A stretch of DNA of 64,000 bases, taken from Nitrospinota bacterium (GTDB lineage Bacteria > UBA8248). The stretch's first letter is position 1, and the number at the start of each line of letters is the position of its first letter. Shown piece after piece: positions 1 to 8,693 of the stretch. The DNA lies in contig JAZAHK010000046.1 of the NCBI GenBank assembly GCA_036231405.1, positions 128,001 to 192,000 of the forward strand, written 5' to 3'. The notes under the pieces are model-generated. The model searched no databases. It saw nothing but the letters and a program-made list of their open reading frames with translations, and was not told the DNA's origin. Made by a program: the position numbers and the translations under genes.

Positions 1-803
1 AGCCTCTGACTTTCTGGGGCACACTTTGTGATGGACTCTATCTCGAGCATGAACTCTGCAGCAGCCATGGAAGAATCTCTTCTATACGGCATTGGCTGAC
101 CTCCTGAATGGGCCGAAACCCCTTTGAAAATAATTTGCCCCCTTATATAGCCTACCACTAGGTCAACTACTCCAATTGAAACTGCACTACTTTCAAGTAT
201 AGGCCCCTGCTCTATATGAAGTTCCAAAAAGGATTTTATAGATTTTCTTTGCAGAATAGAGGTCTTGATTTTTGATGTGTTTCCGCCTGTCTGATTTACA
301 ATTTCATAAAGGCTTTTTCCAGTTGGAGGGTGGGTGGTTTTTTTCATTTCCTTTATGCCTATAACTCCGGTTGCTGCACTGCTTCCGAAAACGGTCATCC
401 CGCACGAGGATTCTTCTCCAGCAAAAGCTACTACTTCGATTGGATGGTCATTCTCAATTTTATTTTCATTTAATATACGGACAGCTTCGAGTGCAGTTAG
501 TACACCCGCTGGTCCGTCATATCTTCCTCCAGGATTCTGGCTGTCAAGATGTGAGCCGATCATAACGGCAGGAAGATTTTTATGCTTGCCTTCTTTTCTG
601 CCGTACAAGTTTCCGAAAGCATCAACCCTAGTTTTCATACCTGCTTTTGACATAAGACTTTCGGCATATTTCCTAACTTTTATAAATGAGGGAGTGAAGG
701 CGACTCTGGATAAACCTGTTTTGCCGACTTGCCCAATTTTTGATTGAGAGTCAAATTCTTCTTTCATTCGTTTCCGGTTTGCCTTTAATGGATTTTTTTT
801 CAA
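1..803 (-). CDS. Zn-dependent M20 amidohydrolase (allantoate amidohydrolase / N-carbamoyl-L-amino acid hydrolase family), 3' end outside window
   Basis: Not in the ORF track. Manual reverse translation gives ...GLSRVAFT...VDAFGNLYGR...GSHLDSQNPGGRYDGPAGV...FAGEES...FLELHIEQGPILE...GVSAHSG. TTG start at 803 follows an AAGGA SD; alternative ATG at 767. Confidence 0.92.
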   Translation of the reverse strand, partial: MKKNPLKANRKRMKEEFDSQSKIGQVGKTGLSRVAFTPSFIKVRKYAESLMSKAGMKTRVDAFGNLYGRKEGKHKNLPAVMIGSHLDSQNPGGRYDGPAGVLTALEAVRILNENKIENDHPIEVVAFAGEESSCGMTVFGSSAATGVIGIKEMKKTTHPPTGKSLYEIVNQTGGNTSKIKTSILQRKSIKSFLELHIEQGPILESSAVSIGVVDLVVGYIRGQIIFKGVSAHSGGQPMPYRRDSSMAAAEFMLEIESITKCAPESQR

Positions 804-855
804 ATGATTTTCCTTCAAAATTTTTCGATTTCTGTATTCTTAATTTTGAAAAATT

Positions 856-1608
856 TTAGAACAATTCTTTTGGTACTGGAATATCCTTGTAATCTTCAGG
901 CATCAAAGGAGAGTCGGGTATGATTCCCAACATTTTAAAATAATGGTACGTATGTCGCAGATGCTGTACTCCGTGCCCTAAAGCCATTTCTAAGAGTTTA
1001 TTGACAGTTATTCTCCCCATATAACTATTGATCTCCTTGTTTACATCCCGGTCTTTTTCCTCGATGAACCCCTGTAACTTATTTTCAATTTTGTTTCCGT
1101 ATAAACAAATTTCTTCGTTTGTTTTATAATTATTTGCTTCTTTTTCATATCTTCTTACCATATCTTCTGTATAGGACTCTGAATCATAGGCTTCCATACA
1201 TAGATCAAATCGCTCGTAAATATGCCAAGTTAGTTGCCTCAAAGTTCTTGGACGATCCGGAGAAATCCAGTCGAGTTTTTCTTGGGGAATTTGATTTATT
1301 GCGAGTTTTGTTGCTTTAAAAACTTTCGATGTCAAATTCAAGATGCTTTCTGCACTTAAAGGTTCTTGAATTTCTTTTTTTATCTCAAATGTCTCTATGA
1401 GTTTTTTTTCATCAAATCCAACGACAATTTTTGAACCACTAACCGCAACAGGCAATGCTTTGATACCAAGATCTCTTAACTCATTTTGTGCTTCGAGGTC
1501 ATTTGTACAATCACGATTCTCAATTGGAATACCATTCTCAGAAAGAAACTCTTTCATTCGTGCACATGAGAATCAACCATGTCTTGTATAAACTTTAACG
1601 GATTCCAT
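856..1608 (-). CDS. Putative selenoprotein: N-terminal glutaredoxin/NrdH-like domain with UxxC motif fused to a DinB/YfiT-like domain (250 aa)
   Basis: ORF 856..1557 extends upstream in frame through a TGA at 1575-1573 to an ATG at 1608 with an AGAGGAG SD: MESVKVYTRHG-U-FSCARMKEFLSENGI. The Grx-like ALPV and VVGFD motifs follow. The C-terminal part has DinB-type His motifs (LRQLTWH; HGVQH). Confidence 0.85.
1534..1575 (-). promoter_or_regulatory. Bacterial SECIS-like hairpin directly 3' of the in-frame UGA
   Basis: mRNA reads UGAUUCUCAUGUGCACGAAUGAAAGAGUUUCUUUCUGAGAAU. Lower stem AUUCUCA/UGAGAAU, upper stem GAAAGA/UCUUUC, apical loop starting with G 23 nt after the UGA. Confidence 0.65.
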
Positions 1609-1795
1609 GCTTTTACACTCCTCTATAGATGAACCTTATATTAACCCTTTTTTACACTACATTGTCAAAGGGGTTATAAATGAATTTTACTCTACCATTC
1701 AGTCTCTAAGTCATAAAATTAAACACGTATTTGTTTCCTATAAGATATTGTTTTTAAATGGGATATAAGTTTTGTTTTTTTTGTACCTATTTTTA

Positions 1796-1824
1796 TTGAA
1801 CTTGTTGGAAGTTTCGTTTATAAT
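1796..1824 (+). promoter_or_regulatory. Sigma70-type promoter for the oxidoreductase genes
   Basis: TTGAAC-N17-TATAAT about 70 nt upstream of the ATG at 1894. Confidence 0.55.
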
Positions 1825-1893
1825 CGATTTAATTGTTCCTTTTAAATCTTGCGTAATCTTAATTAATTACTTTTGCAAAATTTGTGAGCCTAG

Positions 1894-3885
1894 ATGAATA
1901 ATAAAAACGGAGATAATGAAAATGGGTCTGGAGTTTTCAAATATCCAGGTCTGCCTACAACTGCAGATGGTGCTGCTGCAGTGGCATGGGTTGAAACTCA
2001 AATAACTCAGGGTGCGTGTGCTTACCCTATCACTAGTTCAACAACGATGGGGCAGGGGTATCAGGCTGAAGTCTCTAATGGTAAAGAGAATCTGTGGGGA
2101 GAAAAGCTTTTTTTCCTCGAGTTAGAGAGTGAGCACTCAAGTGCCAGTACTTGTGAGGGTTTTGCAGTAGCAGGTGGTAGGGTTTCAAACTTCACATCTG
2201 GGCAGGGTCTTATTTTAATGAAGGAAGTGCTTTATACCATAAGTGGGAAAAGGCTTCCTGCGGTTTTTCATATTGGAGCAAGGGCATTAACCTCACAAAG
2301 TTTAAATGTACATGCTGGTCATGATGATGTGATGGGTGTTGCAGACTGTGGATGGGGTATGCTTTTTGCGAGAACTGCTCAGGAAGCGGGAGATTTGGCA
2401 CTCATTTCGAGACGTGTGGCGGAAGATTCAGAGACACCATTTTTAAACATTCAAGATGGCTTCCTCACCACTCATACGATTGAAAATGTTTTCTTACCTG
2501 AACCTGAATTTATGAAGAAATTTGTTGGCCCTCCTATAGAGAAAGTAAAGAATATGATGGATTTTGACAATCCTACGATGATAGGTGTTGTACAAAATCA
2601 AGATTCTTACATGAAGGGAAAAATTTCACAGAGGTTTTTTTATGATCAAGTTCCGCTTCTTCTTAAAAATGCAATGGATGAATTTTATGAGGCTACAGGG
2701 AGAAAGTATGGATTAACCGAGTCTTATTGTATGGAAGATGCAGAGTATGCGTTTGTAGGTATGGGTTGTTATATGGAGACTGCAATTGCAACTGTTGATT
2801 TTTTGAGGAACCAAGGTTACAAGGTAGGTCTTGTAAATGTTACATCCTTTAGACCGTTCCCTGGTAATGAGATAGTTGATGCCTTGCAGAATACGAAAGC
2901 ATTTACTGTACTTGAGAGGCTTGATGTTCCAAGCGCTCAATCTAATCCTCTTACTGCAGAAATTAAATCCTCGTTTGCAGATTCCTTAACCGGCGTAAAA
3001 AATTATCCAAAAATCGACAGAATTCCAGTTGTCTTCTCATGCTCAGCTGGACTAGGAAGTCGAGATGTTAGACCTGGTGATTTTATTGCCTGTCTTAAAA
3101 ATATGATCGATTCTAAGACTGAAGATCAACAGCGTTATTTTTCTCTAGGTATCAAGCATTCAACTGCTCTAGAGGTGGAAGAAGATCCTGACCTTCGTCC
3201 TGTGGGCGCTTTCTCAATGAGAGGACATTCTGTCGGTGGATATGGTTCTGTTACCACAAATAAAGTTATTGCAACGATTGTTGGAGACACCTTTGGTATG
3301 AATGTCCAAGCTTATCCAAAATATGGATCCGAGAAAAAGGGTCTTCCTACTACGTATTATCTCACGATTGCTGATGATGTAATTAGAACACATTGTGAAT
3401 TGAATGATGTTGAATTTATACCACTCAATGATGTCAATGCTTTCAAGTCAGGTAATCCTTTAAAAGGTCTATCGGATAATGGAATGGTTTTTGTGCAGAC
3501 TGATGAAGAGGATCCAGAAAAGGTATGGGAGAATATCCCGTCTACTTCAAGAAATATCTTAAGACAAAAAAATGCAAGAGTACTTTTCATGGATACAGTG
3601 AAGGTTGCAAGAGAGATTGCTAGCGATCCGTCTTTGGAGCAAAGAATGCAAGGTATTGTGTTGCTTGGGATCTTTTTAAAATGTACTCCATTTATGAAAG
3701 AGAGGAATTTAACTGAGGAAGATATTTTCTCTAGTGTTGAAAAGTCGATTAGGAAGTATTTCGGTCGCAGAGGAGAACAAGTTGTTAGTGATAATATGGA
3801 ATGCGTAAGGCGTGGTTTTACTGAGATCCATGAATTGTCTTCTGAAATGATACATAAGATGGCAGATTTAGAATTAGTTGAATAG
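1894..3885 (+). CDS. 2-oxoacid (pyruvate):ferredoxin oxidoreductase, fused alpha+gamma subunit
   Basis: AYPITSST, ESEHSS, FTSGQGL, HIGARAL, QDGFLTTH motifs; gamma domain GHSVGGYGSVT...YGSEKKG. Confidence 0.92.
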   Translation: MNNKNGDNENGSGVFKYPGLPTTADGAAAVAWVETQITQGACAYPITSSTTMGQGYQAEVSNGKENLWGEKLFFLELESEHSSASTCEGFAVAGGRVSNFTSGQGLILMKEVLYTISGKRLPAVFHIGARALTSQSLNVHAGHDDVMGVADCGWGMLFARTAQEAGDLALISRRVAEDSETPFLNIQDGFLTTHTIENVFLPEPEFMKKFVGPPIEKVKNMMDFDNPTMIGVVQNQDSYMKGKISQRFFYDQVPLLLKNAMDEFYEATGRKYGLTESYCMEDAEYAFVGMGCYMETAIATVDFLRNQGYKVGLVNVTSFRPFPGNEIVDALQNTKAFTVLERLDVPSAQSNPLTAEIKSSFADSLTGVKNYPKIDRIPVVFSCSAGLGSRDVRPGDFIACLKNMIDSKTEDQQRYFSLGIKHSTALEVEEDPDLRPVGAFSMRGHSVGGYGSVTTNKVIATIVGDTFGMNVQAYPKYGSEKKGLPTTYYLTIADDVIRTHCELNDVEFIPLNDVNAFKSGNPLKGLSDNGMVFVQTDEEDPEKVWENIPSTSRNILRQKNARVLFMDTVKVAREIASDPSLEQRMQGIVLLGIFLKCTPFMKERNLTEEDIFSSVEKSIRKYFGRRGEQVVSDNMECVRRGFTEIHELSSEMIHKMADLELVE

Positions 3886-3898
3886 ATAGGGGTTAATT

Positions 3899-5485
3899 AT
3901 GAGTGAAAGTGAAAATATTACTCAGAATACTATTCAAGAAGAAACTTTTCTTGATATTGCAGATTTTAATAGTCGTATTGTTGGTGCATACAACGATGGT
4001 ACAGCCGAATTGGGACTTGAGGCTGATATTCAGGTCGCGAGAAGTATAGTTCCTGCTGGGACCGGTGCTCTCAGAGATTTTAGTTATATAGCTCCTGATT
4101 TACCCGAGTTTTACAATGACAAATGTGTTGGTTGCATGGACTGTGTTACAGAATGTCCCGATACTGCCATTTTAGGTGTAGGTATATCCGAAAGCGAACT
4201 TGAGAAAAGACTAAACGAGACAAGCGATCCTGATGAAAAGAAACGTCTTGCTGCAAGATTTTCAAAGACAAAGAAATTCCACGGTCAGGCTGAGAAAAAA
4301 GGGATAGAAGGTGCAATGTTTGGAATTTTTGTCGATCCGACGAAATGTAAGGGATGTGGAGAATGTGTTGAGGTATGTGGAAGTCATGAATCTCTAGGGA
4401 TGGTCCCAAAAGACACGAAAATGCTAGAGGATTTTCAGCAAGAATGGGATTTTTATAAAAGTCTGCCTGAGACTCCTAAAGAGTATGTGAACGAAAAGTT
4501 CCTTGCAGATATGATGCTCACAGAACGTTCCTTATTATATGTGGGTGGTGCAGGTAGCTGTATGGGGTGTGGTGAAGCAACTGCCCTCAGGATGATGACC
4601 GCAGCTACAGGGTTTAAATATGGGAAAGAAGGGATGGGAATTGTAGCGAGTACGGGTTGTAATACGGTGTATACTAGTACATATCCTTACAATCCCTATA
4701 TTGTTCCATGGACAAATAGTCTTTTTGAAAATGGTCCTGCTGTTGCTATGGGAGTTAGGGCAAAGTGGGATCAACTGGGAATGAAAGATAAGCGGCTTTG
4801 GGTAATTGGTGGGGACGGCGCTATGTTGGATATAGGGTTTCAGTCACTATCTAGGATGCTCGCTAGCGGGGTAGATATTAAAGTTTTAGTTTTAGACACT
4901 CAAGTGTATTCTAATACAGGTGGACAGGCGTCAACAAGTAGCTACGGTGGGCAAGATGCCAAGATGAGTCAGCATGGGAAAGCTACTCAAGGTAAAACTG
5001 AAGCAAGGAAAGAGCTTAGTACTATATGTTTGATGCATGGTGATGTTTATGTGTCTCAAACAACTTGCTCGCATGTGAATCATTTTTATCGTTCAATTAT
5101 GGAAGCGAATGAGTTTCCTGGACCTGCAGTTATAAATGTCTTTACTACTTGCCAACCAGAACATGGTGTTGCCGATGATATGGCCGGTGCTCAAGCTAAG
5201 CTAGCTGCTGATAGTAGAGCCTTCCCCGTGTTTACTTATGATCCAAGGCTCGGTGAAACTATTAAAGAAAGAATGAATCTAACAGGGAATCCTTCGCCGA
5301 ATAAAGATTGGTACGTGAATCCGAAGACGAAGGAAGAGGTTAATTTTATTGATTTTGCTAGAAGTGAAGGTCGATTCGCAAAACATTTTGATAAAGACGG
5401 TAATCCTTCTGAAGTCATACTCGCTACTAATGAGGAGAGGCTCAAAAACTGGCATCGCCTTCAAGAACTTGCTGGTCTTCGTTAG
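3899..5485 (+). CDS. 2-oxoacid (pyruvate):ferredoxin oxidoreductase, fused ferredoxin (delta) + TPP-binding beta subunit
   Basis: Two CxxCxxCxxxC motifs (CVGCMDCVTEC, CKGCGECVEVC), SCMGCGE, and the GGDG...DTQVYSNTGGQ TPP-binding motif. Confidence 0.92.
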   Translation: MSESENITQNTIQEETFLDIADFNSRIVGAYNDGTAELGLEADIQVARSIVPAGTGALRDFSYIAPDLPEFYNDKCVGCMDCVTECPDTAILGVGISESELEKRLNETSDPDEKKRLAARFSKTKKFHGQAEKKGIEGAMFGIFVDPTKCKGCGECVEVCGSHESLGMVPKDTKMLEDFQQEWDFYKSLPETPKEYVNEKFLADMMLTERSLLYVGGAGSCMGCGEATALRMMTAATGFKYGKEGMGIVASTGCNTVYTSTYPYNPYIVPWTNSLFENGPAVAMGVRAKWDQLGMKDKRLWVIGGDGAMLDIGFQSLSRMLASGVDIKVLVLDTQVYSNTGGQASTSSYGGQDAKMSQHGKATQGKTEARKELSTICLMHGDVYVSQTTCSHVNHFYRSIMEANEFPGPAVINVFTTCQPEHGVADDMAGAQAKLAADSRAFPVFTYDPRLGETIKERMNLTGNPSPNKDWYVNPKTKEEVNFIDFARSEGRFAKHFDKDGNPSEVILATNEERLKNWHRLQELAGLR

Positions 5486-5506
5486 ACTACACGTTCATTA
5501 AAATTC

Positions 5507-6403
5507 CTATTTATTCTCAAGGTCTTCGAAAACTTTGTAGATAACTGTACTATCAAGTTCTCCGTAATGGGATTTGTTTCCAATTTTGTAGATTGGTAGA
5601 CAGGCTTTTCCTACTGGAGTAGAAGATTTGGTTTTTTTAGCAAGAGTTAGCCCAAGTTTCATATCTTTAATAATTGAGTCTAGTGAACTTACAGGGTCAG
5701 AGAATTTATGACCTAACATTCTAGCTCCTCTTTTTTCAAGTTGTTTCCCTGAGGCAGCACTTCTTAGTAGACATTCTAAAAGGAGATCTTTTTTTATTCC
5801 TGAACGAAGTCCTATTCTTAATGTTTCTGCAATAGAACAGCGTTCAAGACAGGTCAAATAGTTTATGATGACTTTCATAGTTGCACCTGAACCAGCTTTC
5901 CCACAATATATTTGGTCTGAAAGTAGATCTCCTAGTAGGTGTTTTACTTTTTTGTAAATTTTTTTTTCTCCACCGATTAAGAAAAGACCGATTCTATTTT
6001 TCACATCTTTACTATTTCCGCTTACACATCCTTCCAAGAAATCTAATTTAGAAGCTTTGCAAAGAGAACTGATTTTTCTGGTGTCATCAGGATCCGAAGT
6101 TGTAGTGTCTATAATTAATCTTTTTGAAGTTTGTTTTGTAATATACGTATAACCGTTCTTCCCCTTTGCACAATTTAAAGAGATCTTAGAGTTTGGGACT
6201 GAAATGAATGTTATATCAGCATTTTCTACCACTTCCTTTGGAGAATCGAGAATTTTACCCCCTTTTCGTTTGAATCTTCTTTTTGCTAATGGAACGGGGT
6301 CTGTACCAAAGATCGTATACCCATCCTCCATTAAGTTATTTGTAAAAGCCTGACCCATCAATCCGAGACCTATAAATCCAATAGTCTTTTTTTTTGATTG
6401 CAT
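5507..6403 (-). CDS. NAD(P)-dependent beta-hydroxyacid dehydrogenase (3-hydroxyisobutyrate dehydrogenase family)
   Basis: IGFIGLGLMG Rossmann motif, IDTTT, VSG, GSGATMK catalytic Lys, KDM motif. Confidence 0.85.
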   Translation of the reverse strand: MQSKKKTIGFIGLGLMGQAFTNNLMEDGYTIFGTDPVPLAKRRFKRKGGKILDSPKEVVENADITFISVPNSKISLNCAKGKNGYTYITKQTSKRLIIDTTTSDPDDTRKISSLCKASKLDFLEGCVSGNSKDVKNRIGLFLIGGEKKIYKKVKHLLGDLLSDQIYCGKAGSGATMKVIINYLTCLERCSIAETLRIGLRSGIKKDLLLECLLRSAASGKQLEKRGARMLGHKFSDPVSSLDSIIKDMKLGLTLAKKTKSSTPVGKACLPIYKIGNKSHYGELDSTVIYKVFEDLENK

Positions 6404-6427
6404 TTTCTCTCCAAGAAATTCTAATTT

Positions 6428-7495
6428 TTATTCGTTTGGAATAAGAACCACTTTTACCGCCCCATCTTTTCTTTCTCTCATCATTTTAATTCCTTCTTGA
6501 ACCATCGAAAGAGGAATTTGGTGTGTGATCATTTCGCTTATATTAAGATTTCCCGCAACGACATGATCAATACAGGGCTGGAAGGAATAAGGATGTCCCC
6601 TTGAACCAATAATGATTTTTTCTAAATGTTGAATAGGCTGAAAATCGATAGGAATCTCCATCCCGGAAACTCCAACAATTACTGCTCTTCCACCCTTGCA
6701 CAACATTTCTACAGATTGTTGAATTGTTTTAGGCTGATTCCCTCCAACTATTTCGAAGCTAACTTCCACGCCTTCACCATCTGTGAATGCTTTGACTTTC
6801 TCTACAGGGTCTTCCTCTATAGCATTGATGGTTTGATCAGCTCCCATTTTTTTTGCAAGTAAAAGTCTGTCTTCAACCGTATCGATCGCAATCACCTTTG
6901 AACCAATTTGTTTTGCGCAAACAAGAGTGCATAATCCAATTGGACCAACTCCTATAATTGCGACGGTTTCATTTTTTTCTAATTTTGCTCGGTTGTTGAC
7001 AACATGATAACCAGTGGCAAGTGTTTGCATGACTGAGGCCGTAGCATCATCCAATTCATCTGGGATTGGGACCAATTTATTTGCGGGGGCAATTACGTGT
7101 TGGCTATATCCTCCGTCAACCGTAGTTCCAATGGATCTAGAGTTGTTGCATAAATTTTCGCGCTTTTTTTTACAGTATCTGCATTCTCCACATGCGACAT
7201 GATTCTCGATACAGACCCTATTCCCAATGATTTTTTTTGAAACATTTTTGCCAACATCTAGAACTTTACCCATAAGTTCGTGTCCTGGAACCACTGGTAG
7301 ACGAGCCCTTTTAGTATGGCCGTCAATTAAGTGAAAATCACTGCCACAAATTGCACATGCTTTCACTTCTACAAGTGCTTCATCTTCCTTCGGGATAGGG
7401 ATTTCTCTTGTTACTAAACACAGATTATTTGGTCCCTTTAAGACAGCGGCAAGTGACTGCGATTTATCCAAAAATTTCTCCTTTAAAAAATTCAT
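6428..7495 (-). CDS. Zn-dependent medium-chain alcohol dehydrogenase (threonine/sorbitol dehydrogenase-like)
   Basis: ICGSD, GHE, CGECRYC...C structural Zn site, GVGPIG. Confidence 0.9.
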   Translation of the reverse strand: MNFLKEKFLDKSQSLAAVLKGPNNLCLVTREIPIPKEDEALVEVKACAICGSDFHLIDGHTKRARLPVVPGHELMGKVLDVGKNVSKKIIGNRVCIENHVACGECRYCKKKRENLCNNSRSIGTTVDGGYSQHVIAPANKLVPIPDELDDATASVMQTLATGYHVVNNRAKLEKNETVAIIGVGPIGLCTLVCAKQIGSKVIAIDTVEDRLLLAKKMGADQTINAIEEDPVEKVKAFTDGEGVEVSFEIVGGNQPKTIQQSVEMLCKGGRAVIVGVSGMEIPIDFQPIQHLEKIIIGSRGHPYSFQPCIDHVVAGNLNISEMITHQIPLSMVQEGIKMMRERKDGAVKVVLIPNE

Positions 7496-7563
7496 TGTAT
7501 TCTCAATATAATAATTTTATTTTCGCGTTGCTAGTGTTGTGTTTTTTTTTTATTTGTTAAGCT

Positions 7564-8691
7564 TTGGAGTATAACTCAAGATTCACAGATGAGGGTCTAG
7601 TGGTTGTTCCTAAAAAACAAATAGGAATTGGTTTAGTGGGTGCGGGAAGAATGGGCTCTTTGAGAGCACATTTATCTGCTACTTCTCCACAGGTAGATTT
7701 TCTAGCTATATCAGATATTGACAAAGAAAGAGCGAAGGGACTCGCACAGCAAACGGAAGCTGCTTTTTTTACAGATGATAATAAAGCTGTAATTGAACAT
7801 CCAAGTGTAGGTGCTGTGATAGTTTCAACTCCCGAAGGCGAACATACTGAATGGATATGCCTTGCTCTTGAGAACCGGAAGCCCGTTTTAGTCGAGAAAC
7901 CTATTGCTTTGAGTTTAAAAGACGCAGATATGATTTTGGAAACACAGAAAAGGACTGGGACAGAACTTTACATAGGTTACACACAACGTTTAAGAAGGAA
8001 ATTTCTTGCTGTAAAGGAACATATTCAGGATGGTCGTCTTGGGAAAGTGATGTCTGGCAGGCTATGTATATATAATCCAATGTCGGTTGCTAAACAGGTC
8101 TATCAAAGAGCTCCTCATGCGAGTCCAATTTCCGATTCTTTGACTTATATGGCTGATATGGCACTCTGGTTTTTCGATCCATTAAAACCAGTTCGTGTTT
8201 ATGCGATTGGCGGTAGTAAAATTTTTTCTTCGCATCCTGAGAAACTAGGGGATTATGGTTGGGCTATAGTAACTTTTGAAGATGGCTCTGCTGTAAGTCT
8301 TGGCTCCTCTTGGATACTTCCTGAAAAATGGCCTGCAACTGTCGCTACCATTAGTATGGATATTTTCGGCAGTGAAGGTGCAATTCGAATTGATGATGGG
8401 CATAAAGACGTCATGATGGTTAGCGAAGAAGAGATGCCTTCTCCCTATGTTCCCAGTTCTTCATTTAATGTTTCTTTTTTGGGTTCATCTATGCCAGGAG
8501 ACTGGGCGGTTGGAGAATTTATCGGTCCAATGAGAGATGAAACTAGATTGTTTGTAGAAAGGGTAACTATTGGTAAAGAGATACCTCTTTGCGATGCAAA
8601 TGCTGGGAGGAATGCTCTTGAACTCACCGTTGCTATAGAGAGAAGTGCTATTCAAGGTGGAGAGGTAATCGAACTTCCTTTGAAAGGATAA
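7564..8691 (+). CDS. Gfo/Idh/MocA family oxidoreductase (copy 1)
   Basis: GLVGAGRMG, STP, EKP and GYTQR motifs. The true start may be the GTG at 7600. Confidence 0.9.
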   Translation: MEYNSRFTDEGLVVVPKKQIGIGLVGAGRMGSLRAHLSATSPQVDFLAISDIDKERAKGLAQQTEAAFFTDDNKAVIEHPSVGAVIVSTPEGEHTEWICLALENRKPVLVEKPIALSLKDADMILETQKRTGTELYIGYTQRLRRKFLAVKEHIQDGRLGKVMSGRLCIYNPMSVAKQVYQRAPHASPISDSLTYMADMALWFFDPLKPVRVYAIGGSKIFSSHPEKLGDYGWAIVTFEDGSAVSLGSSWILPEKWPATVATISMDIFGSEGAIRIDDGHKDVMMVSEEEMPSPYVPSSSFNVSFLGSSMPGDWAVGEFIGPMRDETRLFVERVTIGKEIPLCDANAGRNALELTVAIERSAIQGGEVIELPLKG

Positions 8692-8693
8692 AA

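Noticed and set aside
334-747. 137-aa + strand ORF (and 371..565)
   Set aside because: Antisense shadow of the minus-strand amidohydrolase.
1573-1575. TGA interpreted as a nonsense mutation (pseudogene) or alternative genetic code
   Set aside because: It sits exactly at the redox Cys position with a downstream hairpin and an otherwise intact gene. TGA is a normal stop in many other genes here (e.g. ileS, prfA, purH).
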